Source: Callorhinchus milii (taxonomy: Eukaryota). Taken from it: 64,000 nt of DNA. A program made the position numbers and the translations under genes. The DNA is taken from positions 46,502,001 through 46,566,000 of the forward strand of contig NW_024704743.1 of the NCBI RefSeq assembly GCF_018977255.1, written 5' to 3'. Every line of letters begins with the position of its first letter. Positions within the stretch are counted from its first letter, which is position 1. The notes under the pieces were generated by a model. It had not been told where the DNA came from, searched no databases, and worked only from the letters and a program-made list of their open reading frames with translations. This document shows positions 1 to 12,280 of this stretch, piece by piece.

Positions 1-1282
1 TAAAAGGTGAATAGTTCTGAAATATCACACTTTGCAGCAATGTCATTGCAAATGGCTTGCTTGACCGTGCAGGTAAGGGTGATTGTCTATGCAGACCTTG
101 CTAGGTGCAGTTTCTCTTTATTTTCAGCTTTGAGGAACCTTTTGTGAGCTCTTCAGCATTCAGCGAACAATACTTTGGGAATTGTAGACATTGATAGATG
201 TCCGGGAACAACCTAACCTGTTCCTGTTAATGTTTAAAGGTGTCTAGTTCTGAAATATTTAAAACAATACACTTGTTCCTGACAAGGACTCCAATTGAAC
301 TTAATGCTTTCAATATTTCAGGAAAGGTACTGAAACATATCAGCAATATTTAAAAGAAAATCAATACAAATGTATATGATTCAAATCAATATCACTTCAG
401 TGTGTCCACTGATACCAGCGATAATTCTCTGTTATGCTCTTCAGCAGATCTCAGCAAACCTGAGCTACCCTTTACATAGTACAATATTAACAGGTGGAAT
501 TCAAATTTTGGCAACTGATGGAAAAACTGCATCACAAGTTCCTCTCTTAAATCAAGAAAGAGGCCTTGGTTATTTGGGGATTGTTACACTGCCTCCCAAA
601 CCACACCATTTTACCAGACTCCATTCAGCATTCTTTTCATGTTTGAGTGAACTGAAACTTTCACTTCATTTTTGATCTGAACACATCTGGTATTTTGTGA
701 AATGCGGCTTTTATTAAGATTTACTGAGAAAAATGAAAGGTTTCAACTGGTGTTGTAATCAGGGTAAAGTGCTGGTAATCTAATTAAGCCATATTTGGGT
801 TGAAACAGAAGTAATAGCAGTCAGTCCCTTCTCTCCAAGCTAATCACATTTTCTGTGCATTAGAAACTGGGAGCAGGGAGAGAGCCCAGCAGAAGCTTGT
901 AGTCATTTGGTTGCTCTCTAATGTTAATGTAATTGTTTAGCAAAACCTTATCTGTATCTTGTGTGGCTTACTTACAAAAGCAAATATAAATGGTCTTTGC
1001 ACTGTTGATGTCTTCTAGTAATCCATGTGGCAATGTTGTTTAATATGAAAGGAAACCCATGATGCATGACTGATATGAATCTCGATGTCAGTCAGCTGTT
1101 CAGCTGGAGGTTAATTGTTTGCATATTCGTTTTGCAATGAACGCTTTCTGTTTCAGAATGTAGCATTGATGGCTGGTCTGGTTTTGTTTCAAATGATGTT
1201 TCCTCTGGTGTTTAAATGGTTAATCATATTACAGTAGTCACTTTTCTATCAGAAAATGAAAATAAGGGCTGATAATACCACA

Positions 1283-2110
1283 CAAAACACAATATTACAT
1301 TTGTATAGTGCCTTTCACGTTGGAAGGACGTCCCAAGGCACTGGAAAGACAGGGATTTGGATCCGAGCAGGAAGGTTGGGATCAGGGAGGGTAGTGGGCA
1401 GGGAGAGTAGGATGGTGACCAAAGTCGCGGCCGAAGACGTGCCTTGAAGGAGGCAAGGGAGAGAGCGAGGCAAAGGGAATGTGGGATGGAGTTTCAAAGG
1501 GTGTGGCAGAGAGTCTGAAGGCCCGACCACCGATGGTGGAGCGGGCCGGTGGGGGACATGGAGCAGGCCAGAGCCTGCTGAGTGGAGGGAGCAGACAGGT
1601 TGATAAGGTGTTAGCAGGTCGGAGCTAGGGAGGGGCAAGGCCGTGAAGGGCCTTGAAGACGAGGATTTTGAACTCTATCCTCTGGGGGATGGGAAGTCAG
1701 TTGAGGATGGGGGTGATTGGGGTCACAGAGCCTGGTGCGGCAGAGGACATGAGCTGCAGAGTTCTGGATGATCTGCAGCTTGTGGAGGGAAGTATTCGGG
1801 AGGCCAACAAGCAGGGAGTTTGCGTAGTCAAGCTTTGATGTTATGAATGCATGTCTCGGTGGCCTGCGGTGTGAGATAGTGGTGGAGCCGGCCGATGTTG
1901 CAGAGGTGGGAAAGGCAGAGCGGGTTATGGCACAGATGTGGCGTAGAAAGTACTGTTGAGAGTCAAACAAGCCGCCAAGGTTCTGGACTGGCTCAGTGAG
2001 GTGGAGTGTGGATCCGTGGAGGGTGATATGGTCAGCGCCTGAGATGTGGAGGCGCTGATGGGAGCCAACCAGTAGGGCCTCGGTTTTATTGATGTTCAAC
2101 TGTAGAAAGT
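1283..2110 (-). mobile_element. Decayed L2 3' fragment
   Basis: FLQLNINKTE...NLGGLFD...ITSKLDYANSLL...LQIIQNSAA, followed by an L2-type tail. Confidence 0.9.
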
Positions 2111-3132
2111 TCATAAAGAGGTAATAGTAAAATCCTTGCATTTTATAAAGCACATTGTCATATCAAAATGTCTCAATGCGCTCCACAAAAAATACTGTAA
2201 AGTGTAATGTGTATTTTGTAGGCGAACTTGGCAGCCAATTGGTCCCAAAAACAGTCATCCAGGGGATTATTGTCCAGCACGCCAGGAGAAACTCCCTTCT
2301 CGAATAGTATTGTGAGACCTTTAGCGTTTCAGAATATCTAGGACTTGGCAAATTGTTAATTTCAAACTCAACTTTAAAGCATTTTTTGTAGTTCTTAAAA
2401 GAAATTTACAGAAAACAGTCATTAAAATGAAATCTGTGTTTAAGAATGACAAATTTAGCTTGTTCAGAAATGTTACATAAATAGTTTTTTTTCCCCTGAC
2501 AGTACCAAAAAGGTACGAGACTCAGTTCAATTAGGTTAATGTTTTCATTGTTGTTACTTTCTACTGCAATGCAGTGAGGGAAATGGTACCAGATGTCATG
2601 ATACATGTGTGGAAATTTACTTCTCTAAAGAACTTTATAGTGCCTCTTGGACCACCATCTAAACAGCATCAGATGTTTCCAAGCAAGCTGTCTTCAAGCC
2701 AATTCTCACCGGACCGGCAGAATGAATGAATTAGCATGAATAATCACAGCTGGATGGTTACAATTGAGTTTTGCCAATCTTAGCCTCATCTGCGCAGGAC
2801 ATGGATTAATCCTAATTTATTGATTTAGGCCACGTGAATTCAATGGGGGTGGGGTGGGGGGAATGGTGTTAGTATCCATTTGAGAATATGCGAATGCATC
2901 TTTTGGTACTGTAGCATCGTCGTTAATCGCCGTTCTCTGCTCCAAATTGAGATTTAATTTCATGGGATTTTGTTAGATATGTCAGTTGCAGCAGCAAAAG
3001 GGTGACAACTCTGGTCTCTCAGATTTTCAAGTTTATTTACAATAAAACACAGCTGGGACTTTCCCTCCATCTCTGTGAAACTCCAGCCAGCTGCTGTATC
3101 CAGTTTACCTGCCTATTTCCAGTATAAATCCT

Positions 3133-3455
3133 GTAGTCCTGTAGCTCACTGGTTAGAGCACTCGTCTCGCAAGAGACCTGGGTTTGATTCCCAGTAGGGT
3201 GAAACCTTGGACAAGTTTCCTTACTCCACATGCCTGATAATACTCCCTCCAGAAAAAAAACAATAAGAAATTGGTCACTTCAATCCACGACTGTTTGTGG
3301 GACACTGCTGTGTGCAATTGGCTGCCTCATTTCACCCACAAATATACATTAATTCACTTTACAGTATATTCTGTGAAGCGCTTTGAGATGTCTCAAAGAC
3401 ATGTTAAGGCACTATATCAAATGCAAGGATTATTTATTATTATTATTATCATTAT
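3133..3455 (+). mobile_element. tRNA-Ala SINE, short subtype, diverged
   Basis: Same head, body and tail. Confidence 0.88.
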
Positions 3456-5524
3456 CATTAAATCTTTTTCCAGAGTTAGGATCTCAATCCAGAACCTGGC
3501 TGGAAACTTTCCCAGTTTCAGCCGTCCCTGTACCTCAGGCAAACCATCCTTGACAAATGAGCTCTCCAGCTTTAGCTTTCTGTGGGCTGGAAATTCACCC
3601 TTAAATAGATTGGACCTTCTTGCCAACCAATCATTAAGTGGCCATCAAATGAACCAATTAATTATTTGACCAGTTGGTTCTCACTTGTGAAAAAGTGAAA
3701 AATCAATTTTGTAACCTCAATTCCTTTCAGCAGGTTACTGACTACTCTGCTAAATAATTTTTCTTTCTCTCTGCACCCTCCACCCACTCCCCTTTCAGTC
3801 ACTGGGCTTTATTGCCTCCTGTGTTCCCCCATTCATTGGCTCCCCAGTACACGTGTGACTGACATTTTACACTCTTTCAGCTCCCTTTTTCGATTTGCTG
3901 TTCTCCATTTAAAAAATTGCATCCATCCTCTTTACCTCTTTGTCCACCTCTTCTCCTTGGAGAGCTTAATATGGTGCATCCTGAATTTCCTGGCGTGATA
4001 ATTCAAGCTCTTGAGTTTACTCCTTTCAAGGTCACTCAGCTTTTCGTCACTTTATCCTTCAATTCTGCAATAATGTTTTGTTTGAATCTTAAGAGCTTCC
4101 TTTAAAATATGTTGCTTTCTTGAGCCACATTACCCTCCACCAATTGTTCCCGTGCGTCCTTAAGAGCAGGGAATGGAGAAGACGTCTCCCCTTCAACCTG
4201 CATGCGCTGCTGTTTCAGTTTCTGCATTCCAGACAGATTGAGTTTGCTTCTGTTCATGTGGGTGGACAGCTCCTTGAAAAAGTCGGCCTTCTGTGCGCCC
4301 TCAGTTGTGCCTATCATCCCTGGGGGAGTTGCATTGGCTCCAAGGTGACAAGCTTGGGAACAGGATGTCAGAATTGAGTCAACCCTCTGTGATGGTCTTA
4401 GTAGTCTGTTTCTTGACCAGGCAGTTCTGCAGTACTCAAGGGCACTGGTGATGGCAGATCAGCCAACCTGGCTGTAATAGGGATTCTTCTGACTCAGCTC
4501 CTACTATCCTAGCAAGCCAAAGCTCTAATGTCATTGCCTGATGACTGTTTGTGAGACATTGCCTTGTGCACTTGGCTGCCACGTTTTGCCCACAAAATAC
4601 ACAGGCAATCCATTTTACAATATATGCTGTGAAGTGCTTTGAGACGTCTCAGAGATGTGATAAGACGCTATATCAAAATGCAAATATTATTATAATGGAC
4701 AAGCAGCAGGAAGCTTACCAAACAGTGCTCTCAATGGCAAGCTTTGCAGTTTTAGCTGCTTAAACCAATAGTATTCCACCATACTCTTTAAGTTTGCCAA
4801 ACTTTGCCTCTCACCAACCTGTGCTTAATACGCTCCAGAATTTGGTAAGTCGAGCGCAGCCCTCCAGGGAGAGAATGTGCATTCCAATCTAGTCACAGGA
4901 AAATGTCCATGTGTAGGTGGTGTGCATATGTGGAACTCTTGTCTGGTTTGTTTACTTTAAAGCACAGTGCACCCTGAATTTTCTGGAGTGACCACATATA
5001 CAAGACACCCGGCTGATCAAGACAAAATATGCACTCGGTCTTGAACATCTGCAGGCCTGTTCTGTAACTGTCTGTCCATTCAGGATTTCAATCCCTTCCT
5101 CCCAGTATTCTCTCACGCATTTCAGTCCAACAAACTTCATCTGGGTTTTCTTCAACAGGGAGACCTGTTTCTGTAGAATGTTCTCCTCCAGGTTCATACA
5201 ATTCTGTAGCTGCTGGGTCTCCTGGACTTTTGACTCCTTGATCATATCTTGTAGCTGGCAATTCTGGGACTCACTGAGTAACCATTTTACCACTTCGGAC
5301 ATTGTTGCCTTTGCCAAAACTTGGCAGATGAAGATGTAAACTGTACCTTAAGATGGATTGTTTTCTGACCCTCATCCCTTGCCAGAATGTTGCCACTTTG
5401 CAATTACGCTTCCTCCTCCTCCTCCTTGAGTTCGCGCTCAATATGAAGCTCTTGTTGGCCTGCCATCATGTCATTCACATGAATCGGCTTGTTGAATTGC
5501 ATCTTGAGGTGGTAACCATACATT

Positions 5525-5878
5525 ATAATAATAATAATCCTTGCATTTGATATAACACTTTACCATGTCTTTGAGACATCTCTAAGCACTTTACAGAATA
5601 TACTGTAAAGTGAATTGACTGTATATTTTTGGGCAAAACACAGCACAAAATTGTGCACAAGAATGTCCCACAAACAGTTGTGGATTGAGTGACCAAATTA
5701 TTTAAGGGATTATTACCTGCAGGAAAAGCAATTCACCAACTAACAACTGGGTTCCTACTTACTGCTAGGTAAACAGAGGCATGTGGAGAAAGGAAATGTT
5801 TCACCCTACCCGTGAATCAAACCCAGGTCCTCTCACTTGCAAGGCAAGTGCTCTAACTAATATGCTGCAGGACTCCAC
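5525..5878 (-). mobile_element. tRNA-Ala SINE, long subtype
   Basis: Carries the extra internal segment cctctgtttacctagcagtaagtaggaacccagttgttag. Confidence 0.88.
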
Positions 5879-8800
5879 AAAGTCATGGTGCATCTCATAA
5901 ACTGGTCATTCCTGATCCACCACTGATGTTCTTTGTCTCTCCAGACTCGTTCCCCTGTGAACTCCAAGTGTGATTGTCCAATTACATTGAGCTCCAACAA
6001 TTCAAGACTGAGGTGGAGGGGGCAGGATTCCCAGAGAATGGGGACAGAATGTCTGAATGCTCACAAATCATGCTGGGGTGGAGCGGGCAGTGCATAAGAA
6101 ACAACCTTCTGTGTAAAAAAAATTCTCCCAGCCTCTCCTTTCGCTCTTTTAGTAATTAAATGTGTGATAACAAGGGGCACCCAGATCAGGTTACATTACA
6201 GAGAAATTTCTTATTCTGAATGGCCGAATTATGTGCATTTTCCAATAAAGATTAACCAGAAGGTGTTTGTTTCCCACCACCATAATATTTGGCTCGAACC
6301 TTCCCAGAGGCTGACAGCAAGTTTCAGGTAGATCACAAGAAAAATCCCAATCTGGCAAGAAAAAGATGTTCAGTTTCTAATTTGAAATAATGCCTCCTAA
6401 AAAACATATGCGTTCAAAGCAGTACTAAAATACAAACAATATAAGGATTAATTGGTGTGGATTTGTAAAACGATATATGCATATCAAATTCCACACATAC
6501 CTAAACACTAAACAAACAGAACTCTGCTTGCATCTCATTTCCAACATCAAAGTAATTTTTCGGTACCTAGTTAATAATTGGAAGAGATTGGCATGGGAGC
6601 AGAGTTCTGGAGGGTCAGCATGAGACACAGGGAGCTACACAGATAGAAATCATTTTTAGAATCTGTAGCAGGATAGTTGGGTTATTCTACATGAAGGGCA
6701 CTGTATATAAATGAAAGTTATTGGTTTTGCTGGATGTTTGACACATGCGGAGACCCAATCGAAGAGTTCCATTCAGCCCATCTATACATGGAAATTCCAG
6801 AGATATTTATTGGAATGGAATGCACACTCTCTCCCTATCTACCTAAATTCAGAGAGTATTAGATGCAGATCGGCAGGAGCCAAGGCTTGGGGACCCCAGA
6901 GTGCGTTTGTACTGCTGGAGTCCCTGCTCCCAGTGACTGGTTTGCTCTTCCAGGTCGATGAGCTAAGCTGGCTGTGCTGTCATCAGCAGTGCCCTGGAAT
7001 ACTGAGGATCTATCTGGCTCAGGAACTGGACAGTACTGAGACCACCACAGAGGATGGGCTCGATTCTGACAATCTGTCGTCAAACATGTCATCTTGGAGA
7101 CAGTTCAGCTTACCCCCCACCCTCTCCCCTCCCTCAGCTAGGAAGATAGTCACTAGTTGGTTAATTGACATCTACTAAGTCTGGGTTTGAGCCCTCACGA
7201 GGTGGATGGTAGGTACCAGAACTCCCTGCAAGCTTCCTGGTGGGCAACACAGCTCAATGAGAGCATTGGCATCATCTTCCTGTCCCCAGCTTAGACCCAC
7301 ATCCTTTCCCATTAAATGATAGTTCCATGAGCTGGAGGTGCAGTGCTTTTACCAATCAAAGTGGATTCCAAGTCCTGGATATACAAATGGTTGTTAACAA
7401 ACTTGAACTCGAGGAAACTCCTTCTAGCAGTTGTCACACCAAGCCTCAGTGTTTTCTCATTGGCTATCTGGCAGACATCTGCCTTCAGCTTGGTGGGAAG
7501 ACACAGGACAGCTTGCGATGTGCCGCCCATCTTGATGTTCCCGAGGCCCAAGTCCAATGCGGTGTACCAGGCTTACTCAGCACTGGCTGCTTAATCCAGG
7601 TCCAGATATGAGTGGCTTTGTCCTTTTGCTGCCGTGACCTATGTATCTGTAACATATGGTGGTAGTGTGCCACCTTTCTCCTCCCCCTCAGTTGTCCCCC
7701 CACTCCCCTCAGCTTGTGTTCCCAGTCAGTTGTGCAAAGAGCTTTGAGACGTCCTTCCAAAGCGAAAGATGCTATATAAATGTAAATTGTGGCTGTTTGT
7801 TGTTATTGAGGCCGAATCCATGTAAGTTTTAAGTAAGAGGGAATAGGGAAATATGTGAGTAGGAGAGATATAAAAAGTTGTGAGGAAAAGACAGGAATGA
7901 GACTAAAAGTACAGATTTTTATGATAGTCAGCTGAAGCACAATGGTTTCCTACTTTCTGTGAATTTCTGTGGTTCTATCGTCAATGTCATGACACTTAAC
8001 AACACATGTAATATCTTGTACCCATGGGGTTTCTCATTTCATACCACAATAGTAATTTCCTGCTGTTTGAATGTTATTCTAATTTAATCGCTAATCTCGT
8101 TCAATATTTTCATTATTAAATGAAATTGTGTCAATTTCAACGGAGCCTCCATTTAAACAATGCCAAGATGCTGGCTCACATGAAATAGAAAGATGGGATT
8201 GTAGACAAATAATGAAATGATTGTGGCATTCAGCAGGAATTTGGGGCAAAAAATCAACCCATACATGGACTTGTGCATAGGCAAGGTTCACAGCAGTCAG
8301 TGAATGTGCAACAATGTATTTATTATTCAGTATGTGGTGTTGTCACTGTGAAATTAATATCTGCCGAAAGAGAAGTGTTTTGTAGGAATTTCAACTTTAT
8401 TCATGTTAAGTCTTTGGCAGAGAATCCGCAAAGCCTTAGGAATGTTTTCAATGACAAGACAACTTTGTGTAAGTGAGAGGATAAAAGGCCTACAGTATGC
8501 CATCTAAAGCATCGCCCTGTGCTCTGTCTTTCAGATGCATGTTCAAAGCTGCACAGGACTGACAGATCAGATTTGAAGCAGCGCTGCTAGACTTTAAAAA
8601 CATATTAATTTCCTTTAGTAAGCGATGCGTGGTGTGACATATTGGATAGAAATATTCTGCTTCAGTGTAGGTCTTTGTGTGTTTGTCACGCCGTTTTGGT
8701 ACACTGAACATTAAAGATAATACAGCGTCATTTATTTGACCTTTTTTGGGGGGGAAATATATCTGCTTCACTTGCATGTCATATTTGTTCTTTCTTTACA

Positions 8801-11800
8801 CTTTGGTTTATTTGTACCTCTGACATTGTGGCTACATTTGTTATGCTGCTCTGCTGGCATCACGCTCCCATTAACTGCCTTGCTCCCTGACATTCACTGC
8901 CACATTGCTGCTCCAGTGCCTCACATTTGGTATCTACATCCCAGCTTCATACATCTACAGCTCTCAGCAACAAGTGCTCACTTCTCTATGCAGCTGATTT
9001 ATGCTGACACAATGCTGTCATTTGTTAGCAATCAAGTCAAGACAATAACTCAAGCCTGCGCATTTCGTAAGGGTGGCCAGTGGATGATATCTAAAACAGC
9101 GGTTCTCAAACTCACCCAAAAAATCTTTTTGGGTGGCTTCAGTGTGTGGCCATCAACACTTACTGCTGGCTGCAGTGCTAGATTTTCCTGAAAATACTTA
9201 GCTAACCATATGAAAAATATAGGAAATATAAACAGATCTAAAATGGTTTTCATTTATTCCTCTATATCTGACAAACCGTATTTGAGGTAACACTTTTTAT
9301 CATACAAATCCTTGCATAGAGAGTAACAAGATTAGAACAGCATGATAATTGAAAACTATTTGAGATGTGCATAAAAATTATATTAGGGCACAGAATGGTC
9401 GGTACTGTTGTTTTGATACTTTGCACTGTATTGACACTAAAACTGGCCAATATTTAGCCCCTGATTTCTGCCCTCCCTTCATGTGGGGGGTGGGGATAGA
9501 AGAGTATGGAAGGGAGTAAAGGAATGGGTGAAGACTCGTGTGGAGGGTAAACATTGGCAAGGACTGGTTGGGCTGAGTGATCTGTTTCTGTGCTGTACAT
9601 TCTTTGTAAATCTTTGTGTACCATTTCCCTCATGGCAGTTTCAGCTTGCTGTAGGTAATGCCATTCAGGTGCTAAATCATTTTTGAAATCTGCAAACACT
9701 AAAACTTAAGTTAACCAGTGCCCCATTCCACATCACAATATCTCTGTTACAGAAATATATATTTTCATACTCAATGAGCTGCCTGTTACTGGACAAATTG
9801 CATGTGCTTACATAATGTTTGTGTCTTTCTAGCGACTTTTAAGTATTAATAATAACAATCCTTGCATTTTGTATAGCTTTTATCACATCAATGAGATGTC
9901 TCAAAGCACTTCACAGAACATATTGTAAAATGGATAGACTGTGTATTTGTGGGTGAAACACGACAGCCAATTGCTCACAGTAGTGTCCCACAAACAGTCG
10001 TGAGTTGAGTAGGGGATGGGAGGCACAAGGCATGTGTGACTACAGAAAATTTAATTTGTTAAATACTTTAGATCCGTCAATCCTTTAGATATTTTCTCGA
10101 GAGATAAACTCCACTGCTCAGTGACGGTACAGGCCTTACCTGCATATTCTTACTAAGGGAAAGATCCAATTATATACACACCACCACCAGTGGAAATGTG
10201 TGCTCATCAGCAGGTTCAGATATTACATGCTAATATGCAACCCAGTGTTACAATACAAAATTACATTTGTATAACGCCTTTCATGTCGGAAGGACATCCC
10301 GAGGCGTTGAATGTTGTTGAAGGTCAGATATTCATGTGGACTTCTCTTTTGCCGTTTGATTTGCGATATTGATAAAATGGCCAAAGTGTAAAAAAATAGA
10401 GAATGAGTTGGATTTTCCAGTCTTTTTTCCTCCTTTTGTCCTGTTTCAGGGAAGTTAAACTGTCAACTAATAGCTGTGACCACTACTTTCTGTCCATTTA
10501 CAAATCATTTTCAATTGTCCCAACCAGAATCCCCGTGTCTGAAAAACATGAAACATTTCATAACAGATTTCATTTCATGATTCAAAATGATTTCTCCGGG
10601 TGCCCGTTTGGGTCCAGCACAATGGTTTCTCCTGAAAGTTGGTACCATGTTAAGCAGTGCTCAGATGCTGCTTTCTGGATGTCACATTTTCCCAGGCCTG
10701 ACTTACCTCAGTTCAATTATCGTATGAAATAATTAAGTAATGATCATAATGAAATACTAATTTCACCCATTGTGTACAAGCTCACTCGCTCTGGGCCACT
10801 CAGCGAAAGGACATTGATACATTGGAGCAGAATCAGATAAGAGCAACAAGGACGTTTCTGTCACTTAAAAGCTTTAAATTATGCAAATAGACTCACAGCC
10901 CTCAGTTTGTTTTGAATGGAGAAGCTTGAATGAGGATAGATCACATTTGTGCTTTCCCAGGTACAAGTGTAACATTTCAGCTGGCTCACCAAGTGTGAAG
11001 AGTGACATTACAAGTAACAATCACTCACTTTGATTCCAAAGATTGCTTGGAATCAAATTGATCACTCTTCTAGGTGAGGTAAGCAGCACGCGTTGGCCAA
11101 GTCACTACAAATTTTCAAACCAACATAAGCTCTTGCAGCACAGCCTCACTTTAAGGGATCAGAACCTGTTGTGGAGAAGAAGTGTAAGACCACGTTTGGG
11201 AGGTACTCTTTGAAACTGATACCTTTAGTGGTATGTAACATAGATTCCTTTCACTGAAGTACTACTTGAAAGTTTTGTTAACTCCGGAACTCCCTGCCTC
11301 AATCCCTCTGCCTTGCCCCCTCTTTGCAGTCTTCAGGTTGCGCCTGAAGACCTTCCTATTCGACCGTGCCTACAGTCACCTCCCACTCCGCCCAGTTCGG
11401 CGTCATGCTCCGCCCCTGTCAAATGCACTGGGACGCTTTCCTATGTGAGGGGCGCGTTATATAAATGCAAGTTGTTGTTGTTTTCTTAGCTTAGAAATGT
11501 CCTGAAAGCAAAGCGCTGGTTTTGATCAACCAGCGTTTTGCTATCGTAAGGTTTCTAAGGTTTAAAAAAAGCCTAAAGTGTCCCAACAAAATATCAGAGA
11601 GCAAAACGCTGGCTGGCAAAATGGACTCCAGTCGTCTTTGGGATTGTCAATCTCAGCAAATGTCAGTCCCAAACTAGAATCTGCTTTTGTGTAGCAATTT
11701 GCTAAGTTTTGCGACTGCTACACGCTGGCTTGTGTCAACAACAACACCAAAATTATATTTGTATAGCGCCTTTCACGTCGGAAGGAAGTCAGACGTTTAG

Positions 11801-11906
11801 AAGGGGAAGAACTCTTGTTCATTATATATTATTATGTTACAAAGGTAATTGGAGGAATAATCATTCACTATTTAAATTGAGGTAAGTCAATCTTTGTAAA
11901 TTTAAG

Positions 11907-12280
11907 TATAATAATAATCCTTGTATTTGATATAGCACATTATCACGCCATTGAGACATCTTAAAGAGCTTCACAGAATATACTGTAAAGTGAATTGACT
12001 GTATATTTTGTGGGCGAAATGCGGAAGCCAATTGCGCACAGGAGTGTCCCTTAAACAGACATGGATTGAGTGACCAAATTATTTTTAAACATTTTTTTTT
12101 GAAGGGATTATTACCCCTGGAAAATTGACCCGATAATTGACTAACAATCAGGTTGTTTACCTTTACTGCTAGGTAAACAAAAGCATGTGGAGTAAGGAAA
12201 CTTGCCCAACGTTTCGCCCTGTCCGGCAATCGAACCTGAGTCCTCTCGCTTGCGAGGCGAGTTCTCTAACTACTGAACTT
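11907..12280 (-). mobile_element. tRNA-Ala SINE, long subtype
   Basis: Same extra internal segment. Confidence 0.88.

Noticed and set aside
7310..7620. Overlapping ORFs on both strands
   Set aside because: No recognisable motifs or convincing splice sites; possibly an unrecognised old repeat
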